A stretch of 64,000 nucleotides of DNA, taken from positions 8,866,001 through 8,930,000 of the forward strand of contig OZ004610.1 of the NCBI GenBank assembly GCA_963924565.1, read 5' to 3'. This stretch comes from Ascidiella aspersa. Lineage: Eukaryota. Positions 38,101 through 52,466 of the stretch are shown here, piece after piece. The notes beneath the pieces were generated by a model. That model was not told the DNA's origin and ran no database searches. It saw nothing but the letters and a program-made list of their open reading frames with translations. A program made the translations under genes and the position numbers. Position 1 is the first letter of the stretch. The number at the start of each line of letters is the position of its first letter.

Positions 38101-41100
38101 TGCTCTGCAGAGGCGCACTCATGGTTGGGCATGTTAGCGACCTTAAGTATGGTTCGTATAGCCATACCTAACACTGCTTGGGAGGGATCCTATCAGGCGT
38201 GGACAACTGAATTATTCTAGTTTTCCAACTCAAATAATTAGAGCAAAATGCGGCTAATTCTAATTCTAATCTAGTTCGTGAAATCCTTGTGTGCCCTGAT
38301 TCTAGTTCTAATCTACTTCGGAATTAATTAAAATGCTACTTTGCTTAACGCCAGTTTAGTCTCTCATCCAAACGAAGCGCCAAATGACGTTACTGACGGG
38401 GTCATGCCAAAGATCTTTGTCGGAAACGCACTGGAATGCAATCGCGTTACATTACCAAATTGGGTTACATGGTATTTCATTGATTCTTATAACGTTGCAG
38501 TTTATGTGTAACTTACATTTGCTTGCCACCACAAATAATCGAATCAGGTGAAGTTTTATTTTACGATTTGTGACGTCATCTCTAAAATTCGTAACCCTTT
38601 TTTGTAATCTTCGATAATGCGAATCCATTCAAGTTAACACTGAAAGGCGCGCAAACCTACAATCCGCAACCAAAAAGACGCCGAAACGTTTGCGCTTTTA
38701 ACAAAATCGCTAACAAATCAAACCTTCCCTGTTGTTTATCTAGGTCGAAGGCGGGGCAACACGGACCCGATCCAGACCCTACGACGGAAAGCCGACGACC
38801 GGCTACAAACCAAGATTAAGGTCTCTAACGGGTCGATATCGAGCAGCGTGTCCTTCGAAAACGTATCTTCCCGGTAAGTGTGAGGCTCGAGGGCTTGGCC
38901 AGCTACAGCCGACATTGATCGCCTTCTTGCGCACTTCAAAGCTTTATTGCTTGTTGCATTTCAGGAAATTTCAATTCGTGTTTCGCTATGTAGTGGTTTT
39001 ATTGATTTTTACGTTGGTTCTGTCAAACGCGCGGCTGTCAGAATAACCCAAACTGTTGGCAAACTGTGAAAATAGTTTTCGATAATTTCCTGTTAAGTTT
39101 TACTTTGTGGGCAATAACTTAAAATCGATTTTAAGTATAAGGAAAACTTTTTGAGCTTTCGAATTTTTAAATGTGAAGTTTGTCATTGACCACCAAAGGC
39201 CACAGAAACCTGTAGTACATCTATTAAAATTTGCGATTTTGTCAATTTTTCCAGTTGGGGAAGATTAGTAAATTCGAGTATTTAGTTACCACCCAAAATA
39301 AAAATAATGTTATTTTGCAAACTAGATAAAGTTGGTTGTCTTTTCGATGTCAAAAACTTTGTTTTGATAAGAAAAAAATGCAACACAAACTGTCCGACAA
39401 GACAAATTTATTGAAAATCACTATCTAGAAAATTCCTCCACAAAAAAACCTAAGCTCGTTTAAGTAATTTTACGAATCGATATTTCTAGATCTACCACCG
39501 TTGTGAGCAGCGGTTACGACACAGCGTCCTTCGACTCGTCCATGAATTCGATTGTGTCGTCACACGAGGAGGACTGCACCTCTATCGCCTCCAGCGGTGA
39601 CAGCGACAACCAGTTTGTGTTGCTTGACGTTCCGCCGCCTTTCGGCAAGCCCATATCTGCCAACAACTCGAATCTCAACCTGCAGGATCTTCCTGGGTGA
39701 GAGTTTTATCGCTTTCGTGGTTTGTTTCCTGCGATTTAGCATTTTTTGTCGGGCAAAAAATTTTTTAAATGCATATTTTATCACGGATTACTATATGCGT
39801 AGTTTGCTTACTGGAGCGAGACGGGCAAATAGCTACTATGCACTCCCTAAGGCTATCTTCACGGCTAACAAACTAGTTTAAATGGATTAGCGAATAAATA
39901 GTGGAAATAATGCAAAACTCGGGAATATAAATTTAATTATACCACCATCCGAACGCAAACGCTAACGACGCTAACCCTAACCAAAATCAATGTATCACTC
40001 AAAGCCATGGGTGTGTGCACCTTAGCGATACGGGAAAATAGCCACTTCACATTTTTGCGATAGTTTTGGTCACTTGATCAAGTATTGTGGCACGTTTAAA
40101 TAAACATCGGATTTTATTTAGGTAGGGACTTCTATCTTACAGTTACATACTTAACAGTGGTTGTCAACCTGAGTTTCTCGAATTCCGTGTACAAAACTAT
40201 TTCCAGCGAGTACCTATATGGTTGTTATTGTTTTCCTGTAATTACTTTTTGTATCAAGTTACTGACTAACGGTTATCTTATAACCTCCTTATGTGGTGCC
40301 CGCTTACCGGGGGTTTTAATTTATACAAACCGGGGCTGCTTAAATAGAATGAAGGCGAATGGCACTTTTGTCATGCTTAGCGACAGAAAAATATGCGCGA
40401 TTGTTTTTAACAAACTCGACTGTTTCAGGCCGCCATTTTTAGTATTAAACTCTTGAACACACGTTGCTTTCATCGGATTAGAAATACGGACCTAATGATT
40501 ACTGTTGCGACTTTTCAAATGCGCAACCAAGCGTCACAAATTTTATTATTGTAGCCCTTTTGTGCCGAACCAATGCGTTTTGCCGTCGTTCGGTTCGGCT
40601 ACCCGCCGACACGGGTTCCCTCTCTCCTTGTGTAAATTTCGCAGCCTCCGTTTTATCAGCGCTGCGTGATATCTTTGTGCGCAATTTCGTTTTGTATTGC
40701 GTGGTATTGCATCGTTTTATTCTTCTGGTGGATACCGAGAGAATCGGACGCATTTTAAGGGCAGTCTGTTTGTAATCTCGTGGTTAGAGACAAGCTGTAG
40801 CCTTATGCGAGCCCTTAGTGTGCATGGGTGGCTTAGATGTTTGCCTTATACTGATTGTCGTACCGTCCAATAAACGTCTTGCTCGAGAACCTAAAGTCAA
40901 TCCTTATCCTTAGGACTGCACTGATTTGTTTTTCGGCAGCGTTGGAGGGATGGAAGTCCCGCATCCGAGCATGGTCGACTCCCAGGTGACGATGGTGGAT
41001 GGGCAGGAGGACACAGACTCGCTGGAGGAAGAGCCTGGAGCAACCGTCGACAGATCCGTGCAGACAGCGCAGAACGAGGAAAACACAAAACCTGGATCGC

Positions 41101-44100
41101 GAAAGGTTTTGCTCGCGTTTTCCGCGACATTAAATTTCAATTTTAAAATTTTAGCCCTTCTGTCGAAAAACATGTGCCACAAACATATCCATATATTTTA
41201 GTAATAATAATAAAAAAAAACAGCTTCTATGGTAGTTGTAGTTGTTAACTAACGTTTTGGCAACCAATTCAAATCGCCTTCATCAGGGTAATTGACTCCG
41301 AACGCTGGTAGTACGGTATATGGAAAAAACACAAGAAAAAACTAGAAAAAACGCGAGCAACAACACGATAGGAAAATAATTAGCGATAACGTATAGCTTC
41401 TAGTCTTGAGCAAGTGCTTGTAGCATGCCGAGAGCAGTACGTCTATTTTAATGTTTATGGTGTTACCCTTCTTATGAATGTACCGAGACATATATTATTG
41501 TTTTAGAAATGCGTTTTTTTTGTTATTTTTATTTTCACTATTGCGTTTACATAATCTCAGTAATTCAGCAAAAAGCTAAATACCTGGTAACTGAACCACT
41601 TCTGAATTGCAACTTTTACCAGAAATATCGCACTTTTATAATTGTGAAACAGTAAAACGCTTTTTATGTAGAGGTAATTCAATTGCATTTTAATCTGAAC
41701 TTACTTTTCGTAATGTTCCCTGTTATTGTATCATATCATTACTTTGCAATTGTGGCGTTATTATAAGCCTTTGGCCGGTGAAATAAACAAGCTCGGGGTA
41801 AAAACGTAAAAAAAATCGATTTGTAAACACTAAAAAACCTTAAATTTGTTGCCCAGCCGTTTTCTATCCACGTCTAGAACATTACAATGTAGCTTTGAAC
41901 TTAATATCACGTATTTTTAGGTTTCTGTTCTTCGGATCGCCGCTCAGAACAAGGTCGAGTTAAGTGTGGACGCGCGAGGCGACGACGCTTCCGTGAAGTT
42001 GGTCGTCAATAAAGTCGCGCTGCACGAACTCGGCAACATGACGTTGGATGGCGCCGGAGCGCTGTTTTCTACACCAGGTACGTTTCATCCGCCGTATGCA
42101 ATGAACAGTTCTTTAAAGGCCAGTCGCCTAGTGGTTGTACATACGAAACTGTTCCTAATTAATGGCGGGGTACATTTTCCAGTTGTGCTGTGTTAAATAC
42201 CATAAACCTTCGTCGGATGATTGTTGCGATGTTTTAAGCAAGGCTGCGGAGTGAGTTAAAATTACTCGGGCGTCCGACTTATGCCGAAAAAATAAACTCG
42301 ATTCGACCCCGGCCAAGTACGTGGTATTCCACCTTTACAACTTACAGTTTGTGGCCACACGTGCACACTTCGAACTCTGGACTGCTAGTCATGCGTATTA
42401 TAATAGTACTGAGTTCAACTCTAGCGTAATAAACCGATACCGTCGAGGTTGATTCCGACTCTGCAGCCCTGATTTTAAGTCACCCAATTAGTTGAGACTA
42501 TGTGAAACTAACTTCAAAAAGGGTTTAGCCTTATTTTTATTCTGTTGAGATTCTTTTAAATATGATTCATCACAATATGCCAGACATTACCAACATGGCC
42601 TTGGGAAGATCCACTTGCTGGAGCGAATGTATAATCAGAAGAACGACAATATGGAACCTTTGATAACTGCATTCTAAATGATTTTAGAAACAAAAATTTA
42701 GAGGTTTTAAATGAGGTTGAAAAATGTCTGACAAATCGGCATAGTTTACAGTCCGCATCCTTTAACTACGCTTGTACGTGTTTTTCCTGACTCTTATCCA
42801 TCTGCTACCAACTCTTAGCCAAAGTGCACCACACCACCAATTCCTTCCCGAGCGTGCGAATGCGAATCGACTCCGGCCCGTCCGCCTCTCGCTTCTCGAA
42901 AGCTTCAGTGAAAACGGGGATGCTGCAACTCCACGTCGATCATCTCCACGAAACTGTCAACGCATCCAGTCTCGCCAATCTAGGTAATAACCGGTTAGGT
43001 CGTATAATAGCTTGGTTGCACGAATAACATAAAAGATTGGATATTTTGTGATACAGGTTGCTTGCTGCTAAGTTTGTTTTCTCCTTGGCCTCAATGACAT
43101 AAATCGTGTCTTGGCTATTAATACACCAAGAAATCTATAGCTGGTTGGTCGCAATAGCTTATTTGCACGAATGACATAAAATATTGGATATTTTCAACAC
43201 AGGTTACTTTTTACACAGTTTTGTTCCCATTAGTCTTTACAAAAACTATATAACCGAAAAATGCACGAAGTGAATTTGTTATTTCGTGTCTCGGACTCTC
43301 GGCTTATTGATGCACCAAATAAATCTATACAAAATAGATTTCTTTTGCTATATTTAAAAGTTTATTTAAAGAAATTTTAGGCCTAAAGTTTCACTTGTTT
43401 CGGTTTGCCATTTAACACCGACTTAAACCATTTGGACCTTTCTGAGATGGACATAGGTATGCATTGTTGACTACATTCAACATGTTTTGTGAATATTTAG
43501 TTTTTTTATCTGTGTAAATCGGCGCTTCAAAATAGAAGAATGTCGGTTTACCATTTGAAAGATTGGCTTTAGCATTGATGTAAAATACTCAAATGCCTCA
43601 CTAACATGCTTTTTACGTTGTTTCAGGTGCGTTCTTAGAGGACGAAGTGGTCCCAGAAGTTATGCCGATGTCAATAGAGGCTAATGACGTTCATCTCACA
43701 ATCAGGGTGAGCAAAAAACTTGTTGTGTTAGTTGGACAATGTCACACCACAAATTATCCGCAAATGTTGACCATTGAAACAAATGCATGTCCGAAGTGAA
43801 GCCGTATACTTGCTTACTAAAGTTTTATTTGGCAAAGTTTGACGGAAGTTAATTGCCACGTTTACAATTATTAACTTGACTGTCTTACTAATACAGAGAT
43901 TCCTTGTTTAACGAAACGGCTGACCGATAGCTTTGCCACAGTAGTGTATAGGGCGATTGACAATTTTACCACATGTGTTTTTTGCTGGGTAACGCTATTT
44001 ATTCGTGAATTTTTATTATAGCAGAGCAAATAAAGATCCGAAGCTCTGTGGAATGGTATAACTGTAGCGCCGAAAAATGTTAAGCAAGGTGTACCGAAAA

Positions 44101-46111
44101 TTAATACCGGGAACGCGGGAAGCTAGGAAATATTTTTCGTCGTGAGAAATTGAAAACTTATTTACTCCACAATATTTTCAAACAGCAGCAGAAAAATAAA
44201 CCAATCTCAAAAAGCAATGGAGCTTTCCAAAAGACAGTGTTTCAAATAAGGGGGTCTTCAAACTTCTGGCCAAAAGTGGACAACGAAAATTTACATTGTT
44301 TTTGGTGCCTGCACCTATTCGAAATCTATGCTGTGAGAATGGGGCTCGCTGTGCTTCACAGTTCAACACACACTTAACGCTGCTATATGCCGTTTGTGGT
44401 TTTCAGGACGACGGCAAGTCGGTTTACGCGTCGACTGCAAAATTACCGCCCATCGCACTCCACGTGCATCAAGCCTCGGTGAAGCGAGTCGACGATGGGA
44501 CATTCCATGTTTCGAGTAAGTAACCACACAGTACTTAGAGGCCTTCTTTCCTGATCTAAGCCCTCTTTCACTCGTCGCAGTCGAGCATTTTGGCTTAAAT
44601 ACCAATTCGAACTTTGGGTACATGTAGGCAATTTTAAATTTTACGATTTCTTTAAAAAGTTGAATATGTGCTGTGCAATCCAGAAATCTCTAAATAACAC
44701 ATTTGTCCATCTAATCTACATTAAGTTACTTTTTCGACCGATATTCGTTGCCACTATGTTGTAATTTGACACTAAAATGTAAATCAAACGACGTGTTTTG
44801 ACTTATTTTCTCTACTGTAGGATATTTTTTTATAAAAGTTAAAACATGTATTTGTGTTGGTTTTATTTAACGTTCTTTTTTATCTATGTTGTGGGCGCTC
44901 ACTCAAGTAACAAAACGCTTTTAGCGAAATTGAAAAAACATAAAACACATTCTCCACAACTTAACATGTGTTACGAAACACTCCCGGATTACGATATTAA
45001 AGTATAATTATCAATTTTGTAAATTCCTTGTTGTTGTTTTATTTGACAGTGGATTCTACGGGCAAGTCAGTCACTGAAATCGCCGAAGTGCTCAAGACCA
45101 CGCCGACAGTGACCTGTAGCGAAGCGGCGAGCACTCCTGAATACGTGGACACGATTATTTCGCCCATAGCTACTGTTACGCTGAGCCAAAGCCCCGACCA
45201 AGCTAAACACGCGAAAGTTTCCGAACGTCTCGCGAACGGCGAACTGCCCGCGAAACCGTCCGAGTCTCCGGCGATTGTTAGTCTCGGTAGTAGTGTTGCG
45301 CAACAGCGAATCCACGGCGACCTCGAGCGGCTGAAGATGGAGAAGGACATCGAGGTGATGTGTCTCAACCAGCAGCTGGTCGATTTGGGAAAGGAACGCG
45401 ATTCGCTGGTGGCCGCGCTACAAATGATGCAGGTGAGTGACTTGGTGCGAACTAGCATGTACCTGTCGATATGTTAGACGTTACCATTCTTATCGCCTTT
45501 TACTCGCGCTTGTGCTTTTACGTGTAGTTTAGTTATTTTCATTTATACTTTGACCTGATTAAGCACGGTTGTGCGAAAGCTTGTCGAGAATTTAATACAA
45601 TTTGTCTTTACATAGTTCAACCTGATTCCCTAATTTAAAATTAGACAAAATTTCGCGATTTACAAAGATTGGTACAAACGCTGCAACATACGCCATGTCG
45701 ATCTGTACATTAGCCGTTAGAAGAGTGTTAGTTCTTGCTCTATATCCACTGTAAGATTTAATCTTATACTTGTTGTTGTGTCATTTTTGTGTGTATAAAA
45801 TGCAGTTACCACATACTCTGCCAACCAGAGGGAACAAGGGTACTTAAAATATCTAAGCAATTTTTGATTAAGCTTAAAGCTATTGTCGTGCCTTTAATTG
45901 AACCTGGTAAACCCAGAATACACATGCGGTGTTTCCAGTTGTTTCGCGACCCAATTACACAATAGAACTATCAGATGATACCCTGATTTCTGGGGTGTTC
46001 TTACACAGGTTTAAATCAGCAAGAGTTTCTGTTTAGGACGATCTGATGGTGTCGGAACAAGAACGCAAGTCGCTTCGGGATCGGCTTAAGCTGGTGTCGG
46101 CGCAAAGGTGA
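26200..46111 (+). CDS. BLTP3: Bridge-like lipid transfer protein family 3 (UHRF1BP1/UHRF1BP1L/SHIP164-like), ~31 coding exons
   Basis: Chorein-N-type start MAGLIKKQILKHLSK|FAKNLSSDSIQLSTLRGEGELSNLELD...LPTWLQIN..CNKVHVKIPWTKLK; later DDLLWVLTDAQ, ETSFHIDIDRIDLHICDD, DHYPYHKAG, FTDYFFPDG, DHYQFLFLL, RIDSGPSA, FLEDEVV; coiled-coil C-terminus ending DDLMVSEQERKSLRDRLKLVSAQR* (last exon 46037-46111). Exon phases are consistent wherever I checked them. Confidence 0.92.
32957..33124. mobile_element. hAT MITE, aagtc-repeat family
   Basis: TIR cagtgttgtaa / ttacaacattg; TSD agaagctc / agaagccc (7/8); internal caagt/aagtc arrays. Confidence 0.85.
36392..36541. repeat. 39-bp intronic minisatellite, ~3.8 copies
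   Basis: Unit gccacttgattcctttttgattccggttaattcgattct, ending ~25 nt before the acceptor at 36565. Confidence 0.92.
37289..37378. mobile_element. 3' fragment of aagtc-family hAT MITE
   Basis: gtcaagtcatttt...cagtgacttaagtgcactta...tcattacaacactg matches the end of 60904-61294. Confidence 0.7.
37728..38102. mobile_element. hAT-like MITE with duplicated left end
   Basis: caggaattcttaaactg and caggggttcttaaactg left ends, gggtacgtagactagt repeated, right end aagttgaagaaccaccctg. Confidence 0.6.
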
Positions 46112-47697
46112 TGGCGGAAAAGGCAAAATATATTTAATCTTACTGTTCAAGTATGAAAATGAAATCTTGCGTCATGGCAGCAAACGTCGCCGCCTCCGTC
46201 CTGTGACATATGAGCGTTTTTTAATAGATTTTCTTGCATCGTGTCACATTGTTTTCTTTTTGTCCATCGGCGGCCGAGTTATCGCATTTACTTCACTTAA
46301 AGCGTCGTTGTTCGCTCAACTTCGATGGGCGCCCTCAGTGCAATAAGCCTGCGTGGGTTTTCAGTAGCTCAGTTCTCGCACTCGTGTACATCCACGCTCT
46401 AAAGTTCATTTCACACAAAACGAATGCGGTCGACAAAAATCGGCTGAATTCTCTACGTTTGTTGCACATCCTCCAGTGTTAAACGCCGACTTTGCGTCCA
46501 AGAGCTTTCCGTTGGTGCCCGCTGGGAAATACATTCGGTTGCGTGCTTTGTGCTCACTGGCTTAACACATCGTAAACACTATTACCCAAGTCGCTGTATG
46601 TTTACCACCGTAAAGCAGTAACGTAAGTTGCTCATTTCAATTAAATACCTAAAAGATTTCGTAATTTTCTTTAAAAATGGCAAAACTGAAAAGATCTTTA
46701 AAAAAATTTGTGATCTCATCTGCTAAAGCAATCTTATACAAGTCACCTGGAGTAATTCTATTTTTGAAAAACGTAATATAGGATCAATATATGTCCACCC
46801 TTAAAAAAGTAATGATGTAGGACACCCCTACTGACAATCCGATCCGTTTGCTTGCACAACAGTTTTCAGTTCTTTGCGTAGAAAAAGAAAACAGAAAATT
46901 TTAAGTGCGTAAACGATTTCTCGTTTGTACAAAATTTGCCTGTCGATTTCAAGCGGCCGGATGATACACTTTGCATTTATTTATTTATGTATGTATGCAA
47001 CGAATAATTTCATATTTTGTGGCGAAATGTTGTGCAATTTTATTTCGTGGTACTATAAAGTGCTGCCCGTAACAACCGACATTTTTAACCGAGTTATGAA
47101 ATCAATCTCTTTAGGAACTGATCGTAGAGGTGATTCGGAAATGGTCCTGGATGAAATTAGTAAAACACCGCTTTGGATATTCGTTTATTAATAAGCGTGC
47201 ATTTCCTTATGCAACAAATTTCACTGTGTCGTAGTTTTGGTCGAAAGGGTCATTTGTTCGTCAGCATGTCATTTTGATTACCGTGCTTTTTTGAAAAGCT
47301 TTGGCTTTTTTGTGATTGATTGCAAAATAAATAGATCAATACTTAACATTTGTGTGATAACATCGACCTAAAACATTTTATCCAAATACTGTCTTGTAAA
47401 TATATTGGTTTATTTTTAAAGCGTATACATTTGTTCCGTCTTAAAACGATATATCATGCGAGTAATGCACACGACTGCAGACAGGTGAAAATAAATCGCG
47501 CTTACATGGCCACCTTTCAACAAAAAAAGGCTTTTGAAGCCAGGGCCAAATCCTTGAGATAAATTAGCAGGAATTACCCGGACGTAATCGTCTGTGAATT
47601 AGAGTTTAGAAGTCGGCCATGAAAATACAGTAATAGGCCATTTGACGCGGCTGCACAACATTGAAATAAACCAAGAAAGGCGAGAAGGCATTAGACT

Positions 47698-47946
47698 AGG
47701 GGTCATCAACATTTTTGTAACGGAGAGCTACTTCGTGTGTAGTGATTTATTCCAAAGGCAAACAGTTTGGATATGTATTATAAGAATCTTGTCGTTTCCG
47801 TATACATATAAATTTACAGTGTGATTAAAAGAAATAGTTTATTAGACGCAGCTCACTGATGGCGAGTAAGCTATTTTTTCGGCCTGTGGGCGCCTTATAT
47901 CGGGCGACCTGGTGCCAGTGGCAAGTGTGTTTGTTGGCGACCCCCG
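47698..47946. mobile_element. hAT-like MITE between BLTP3 and EXOC4 3' ends
   Basis: taggggtcatcaaca ... tgttggcgacccccg inverted ends. Confidence 0.55.
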
Positions 47947-48359
47947 CGTTATATTAGTATAGAAAGAAAATCACATTAGCACTTGTTAACGGAATCTGAT
48001 GGATTTTTTAATGCCCAACCAAAATCTACAATACCAACTGAACTTATCAGCTTAAAAAGGGCCTGTCTTATTCCAATAAGCGAATTTAATACTTATGTGA
48101 CATTTAATTAGGGTGTAGGTTATCCGTTGGCAGGCGCTTTAGTCCAGGTGGTTCAAATGGGTAATTAGAAAAAAATGAATTCCGCCAGTTACCGAATTTC
48201 CATTGAAATGACCAGACTTGGTAAACGACAGTTACTCGGAAATCGCGCTCACAACATGATAAATCAAAAAAATAAAAATAAAAATCCTATTGCATTTCGA
48301 CACAAGCGTCTGAATAAAACGAAAAGAACAAAAAAAGTGCTTAAACGCAAGCTAAGGGA

Positions 48360-51300
48360 CTAAGAGTCGGGGCCGTTCTTCTGCTGCTGCTCCATCTGCT
48401 CGGCGTACTCGCGTTTGTAGGTTTGCTCGCGCACGATCGCACGCAGTCGCTGAGCGCGTGACAACTGGACGCTGTCGCTTCCCGAGCCCGGCTTGCTTCG
48501 GTGCAGGAGATGTAAGGCCTCCACGTAATCCTCTTCGTTGTAGCGCACGCCCTGCTCCACCACTTGCACCTGGAACCGTAACGATATGAATTGTGTGCCT
48601 GTTGTGATGCGCGTTTACAATGAGGCTACAACTTGTTTCTATAGATCCAAACGAGGACACTTATTTAATTTGTCCAGCAGATGAGATCTAGTTTTTATGT
48701 CTTGTAATATGTTGATAAACAACTGTTAGGTATGCTGTGATTAGTAAAGTCAGGCATTTATTTAGACCAGGGGGAACAACTTTTTTATACCTTGTGGACC
48801 TCAGTGGGCAAGAAATTTCCAAAAATAACATTATGTATTCACAATACAATACAAATAAACTTCAGAAATATACTGATTTAAGTCCAACAATGTGAAAGTG
48901 AAATGGAGTCTAAATACATTGAGTGTTAAAACGATTTATTTGTGATTGAACTATTTTGTTTGAAAATTGTTGACTTCTTGAATATACACTAACATTTCAA
49001 TTTGGCCTTCATGGACCCCAGTTCAAGTACCCCTGATCTCAGAGGTGTAGCCAGGGTATTTTACGCTTGGGGGCAAACTGTTGAATTGGTGCCCCTTCTC
49101 CATGTTTAATCACATTTTCTATTACAATGACATAATATACCCATTCAATTTTTAATAGAAGATTGCATTTAAAGAAGCAGCAGCCTCATTTTGGCACTCC
49201 TGTACTTTGGCGCCCGGTAAATATGTACCTCACCGCCCTCCCCTAGCTACGCCTTTGTCTGAGAAACAGAAGGCTTTTGTAATTGCGATGTGGAACAGCT
49301 GAATGGTAAATTATTCTGTATGGAAAAAATACCTGCAGATCATCAGGAAGCAAGTTCAGCATCTCGTAAAACTGACGAGCCATGTCCAGGTGTGACTCGC
49401 GAGACATCGTGAAGTTGGTGAGGCACTGTTGTAGGGTGAAGATGTTCCTACACATTTTCTTTACTCCAGATGGTGAGATTCGCTTGATATACTTTGCTCC
49501 TCCGATAATAATAGCCGCCATTTGATGACCAAGACCCTCAAAGATGTAGCGGTACTTTGTGTTTTGTAGAGAAGGACTAAGATTTTCTTCTGCTGCCTGC
49601 AAATCCTTAATAAGCTTTGTGATTTGGAAATCATGCTCCATGCTTTCCAGCCCACGGATGTCATAGTTGGTGTTCTTCAGCATTGGCGTCAAGTGGTAAA
49701 AGCACCTGAGTCGCATTTCGATGTGCAAACAGAGAAGACATATTTCTGCCATGCGTACATAATCTTGATTCAAGTTTCTCAGCATTTGCAAAGTGTCGGG
49801 CGGGGCAAGGTTCTGTATTTTATCGATAAACTCTTCCAGGCGACTTGCATACCATTCTAGGCTCTCATGAAGGCAGGCAATGTCCTTTAGACATGTTGGA
49901 TCCTCCATGAGGGAATTTTTCCCCAAGGCTTCTGATCCCTGCCTGTCAACAAAGAAGTGGGCTTCTTCCATAAAAGCTTCTCTAAGAGATGTTGATGACA
50001 CCGCTGTAGAAGAAGTAATTGCCTTCCAGTTGTCAAAGTTGCGTAATACTTCACTTACTTCTTGTTCTCTTACCCACGATGCACTGGCCACCCTTTGGTC
50101 TTCCGATTCTGGCTGCACCACTCCTCTATAAGACTGTATGGACATCTCTTTGTACTCTTGAATCAAGGAACAGGCCATGGTAAGAAAATGATCGTGGTAG
50201 CTATCGAGGCTGGTTGTCAGGTCATAAAGAAACCACATGCAAGAATTAGCAACTACTGCACTTTGTAGGAGACTTTTGCCCTTGGCTATATCCTTTTGCA
50301 AACTGGGATCTGCCAAAACCTTTAAAGGGTCTGTAACTTTTAGTGCAGCATCAAAATCCTTCTTCAACTCATACTGAATCTGTCTGATAAACACATCCTG
50401 CACATAGTCAGTAATGTACTCATGCAATGCACATTTCTTGCCTTTAGGGTATCCCAAGGAGGTTTCTATTTCATTAAAGAACTTCTTAAGTGGACCGAAT
50501 ATGATGGTAATGTTTCTTGGATTCGGCTTGCATACTTTCTGTGTTGACAAAACATGATCCATCAAAGGGGAGGTTACACCACCCAACGAGTTAGTGCGTC
50601 GCTGGGCGCGCTGTTCTCTCAGGTATGTGTTCATAGAAATAGCATGTGATGAGCTGTCAAAGCGAAACAACTTGGCAACTTGAGGTCGACTTGCCTTCTT
50701 ACGGGCAAAGTGCTGAGACAAACTGCCTCCTTCGGCAAAGCTCAGCCCTGACAGTTGCTGAGAAGCATCGGTAACATTGTCGGCATCAAGGTAATCGTGA
50801 AGGAGCATTTGTAACACTGACTGTATTTTAGCCCATACATCTTCAATTTCGTAAATCTGGACATCAACATTTGTTTTGTTTTCAATCTTTTTCAGACACT
50901 CCAGGATGTGAGCGTGGGCGGAGACAACACAGTGAAACTTTTTAAATAGCAGCTTAAGAAGCTCTAACAACCTCTTTGGGCTATCCTCACTCCTCGACTC
51001 ATCCTGAAAAGCCATGTCTGTGACTTCCACAGTTGTATGAGTTACCAGTGAGTTTATATGTCGGTCCATTCTTGTCTTATTTGCTTCTACCATATCGGGA
51101 AGTTTCTTTAGATAGGACAAGGACTCTACCAGGATGGTCATCAACCTAAAAGGGTCTTCTTCAGGGTTGCCATCCAAATCTTCAAGTTGCAAAACAGATT
51201 TGCTAAATTTTCCAATCTTGCCCTCGTCCTCAAATGATTCCTTTCTTTCAAGCTTTGATGCCTGTGGTTTCTCAGAAGACTGACTCTTTGCTGACTTTGA

Positions 51301-51957
51301 TATAGAATTTATGTATATTTGTTTGTGTAGTTCTCCTATCAGGGCCTCATGCATTATTAGCTTTTTGCTGATCAGCTCATTCCTGATGTCATGCAGTGCC
51401 TCAACTTTGATTAACTCCCCTTCCAAAGCAGTAAGGGTTTGTGTAAGAAGCTCTGTCGCGTGGAGGTAAAACTTTTTACCCAAGTAACCTTCAATGCTCT
51501 GCGGAGCCTGCTTTACCCTTTCAATTTGATCCAGGAGGTAGAGAACCTTTTTATGTTCCACACCCTCTATCCACAGCTTTCTGAGCTCATCCTGGCGACA
51601 GTATAGAAGTGACTTACACTGTTGCAAATCCTCCTTGACATTTTTAATGCGCTTTCTCGACTCTGAAATGCGATCGCCAATCTTCCCAAACTGCTTGATA
51701 GACACAGCCAACTCCTCGTAATTATCAGCGACTAATTCATCAAGCTTCTCATCATTTTCAGTAAACGCCTCTTCCAGTCTCTCTTTTTCCTGGTCACGTT
51801 GTCGATCATCCTCGCTGGCTGAAAGGGTGCGAATGATTGACATCAACAAACCAGAAGGATCCCGAATAAATCCAGATCGGCTTACCCCTGCCATGGGTTT
51901 TGCACCTGTATGTCTGACATTCCGAATAGCAGGACTACTGTCAAATGGATTAGACAT
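48360..51957 (-). CDS. EXOC4: Exocyst complex component 4 (Sec8), exons 51957-49333 and 48569-48360, ~944 aa
   Basis: DPSGLLMSIIRTLSASED..QRDQEKERLEEAF, LFRFDSSSHAISMNTYLREQ, LHIEMRLRCFYHL, YRYIFEGLGH, GVKKMCRNIFTLQQ; donor CAG|gtattt phase 0 joins VQVVEQGVRYNEEDYVEALHLLHRS. Confidence 0.95.
48768..49257. mobile_element. Two adjacent MITEs filling most of the EXOC4 intron
   Basis: cagggggaacaac...gttcaagtacccctg (~48768-49035), then cagaggtgtagccaggg...ccctagctacgcctttg (~49040-49257). Confidence 0.6.
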
Positions 51958-52181
51958 TTTAAAGAAGTATACAGCACTAAGACCTAAGAGTGTAAAAAAA
52001 GGACTAATATATTAAATTTATTCCTTTTTAATTCAATCAAAAATTTTTAGTCAATATTTTCTTTAAACACAGCTCAAAATACTTTTATATACCTATTTAT
52101 TGAGCTGTAATTACATTCTATACAATTATATACATAGCATAGTTCTATATATAACTCTTTTTTTAACGAGTGACCATTAGA

Positions 52182-52466
52182 CAGCGGTTCCCAAGCTTGG
52201 CGCCAAAACTTTGCCATGGGTTCAATGGAAGCAAGTGAAAGTTGTTGCGTTTTTAGTGTTATCCTCTCACGCATGAAGTGTTTTGTTTCCATGTATTGCA
52301 AATTGCGATGTTTTTAACCTTTTGTAACTCAGGCATTAAAATCTTTCAATGTTTTGCATTTTGAACAAACGTGATTTTTAATCTGCAATATTTGAATTCA
52401 TTACGGCGTCACAAGTTTTGATATGTTTTCAAAGGGCACATTCAACAATAAGTTTGGTAACCACTG
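52182..52466. mobile_element. hAT-like MITE between glutaredoxin and EXOC4
   Basis: cagcggttcccaagctt / aagtttggtaaccactg; TSD ccattaga / ctattgga (6/8). Confidence 0.65.

Noticed and set aside
49243-49332. C-terminal VFFPYRII...RQRRS of the 904-aa EXOC4 ORF
   Set aside because: Read-through into the intron; the conserved C-terminus is in exon 48569-48360.
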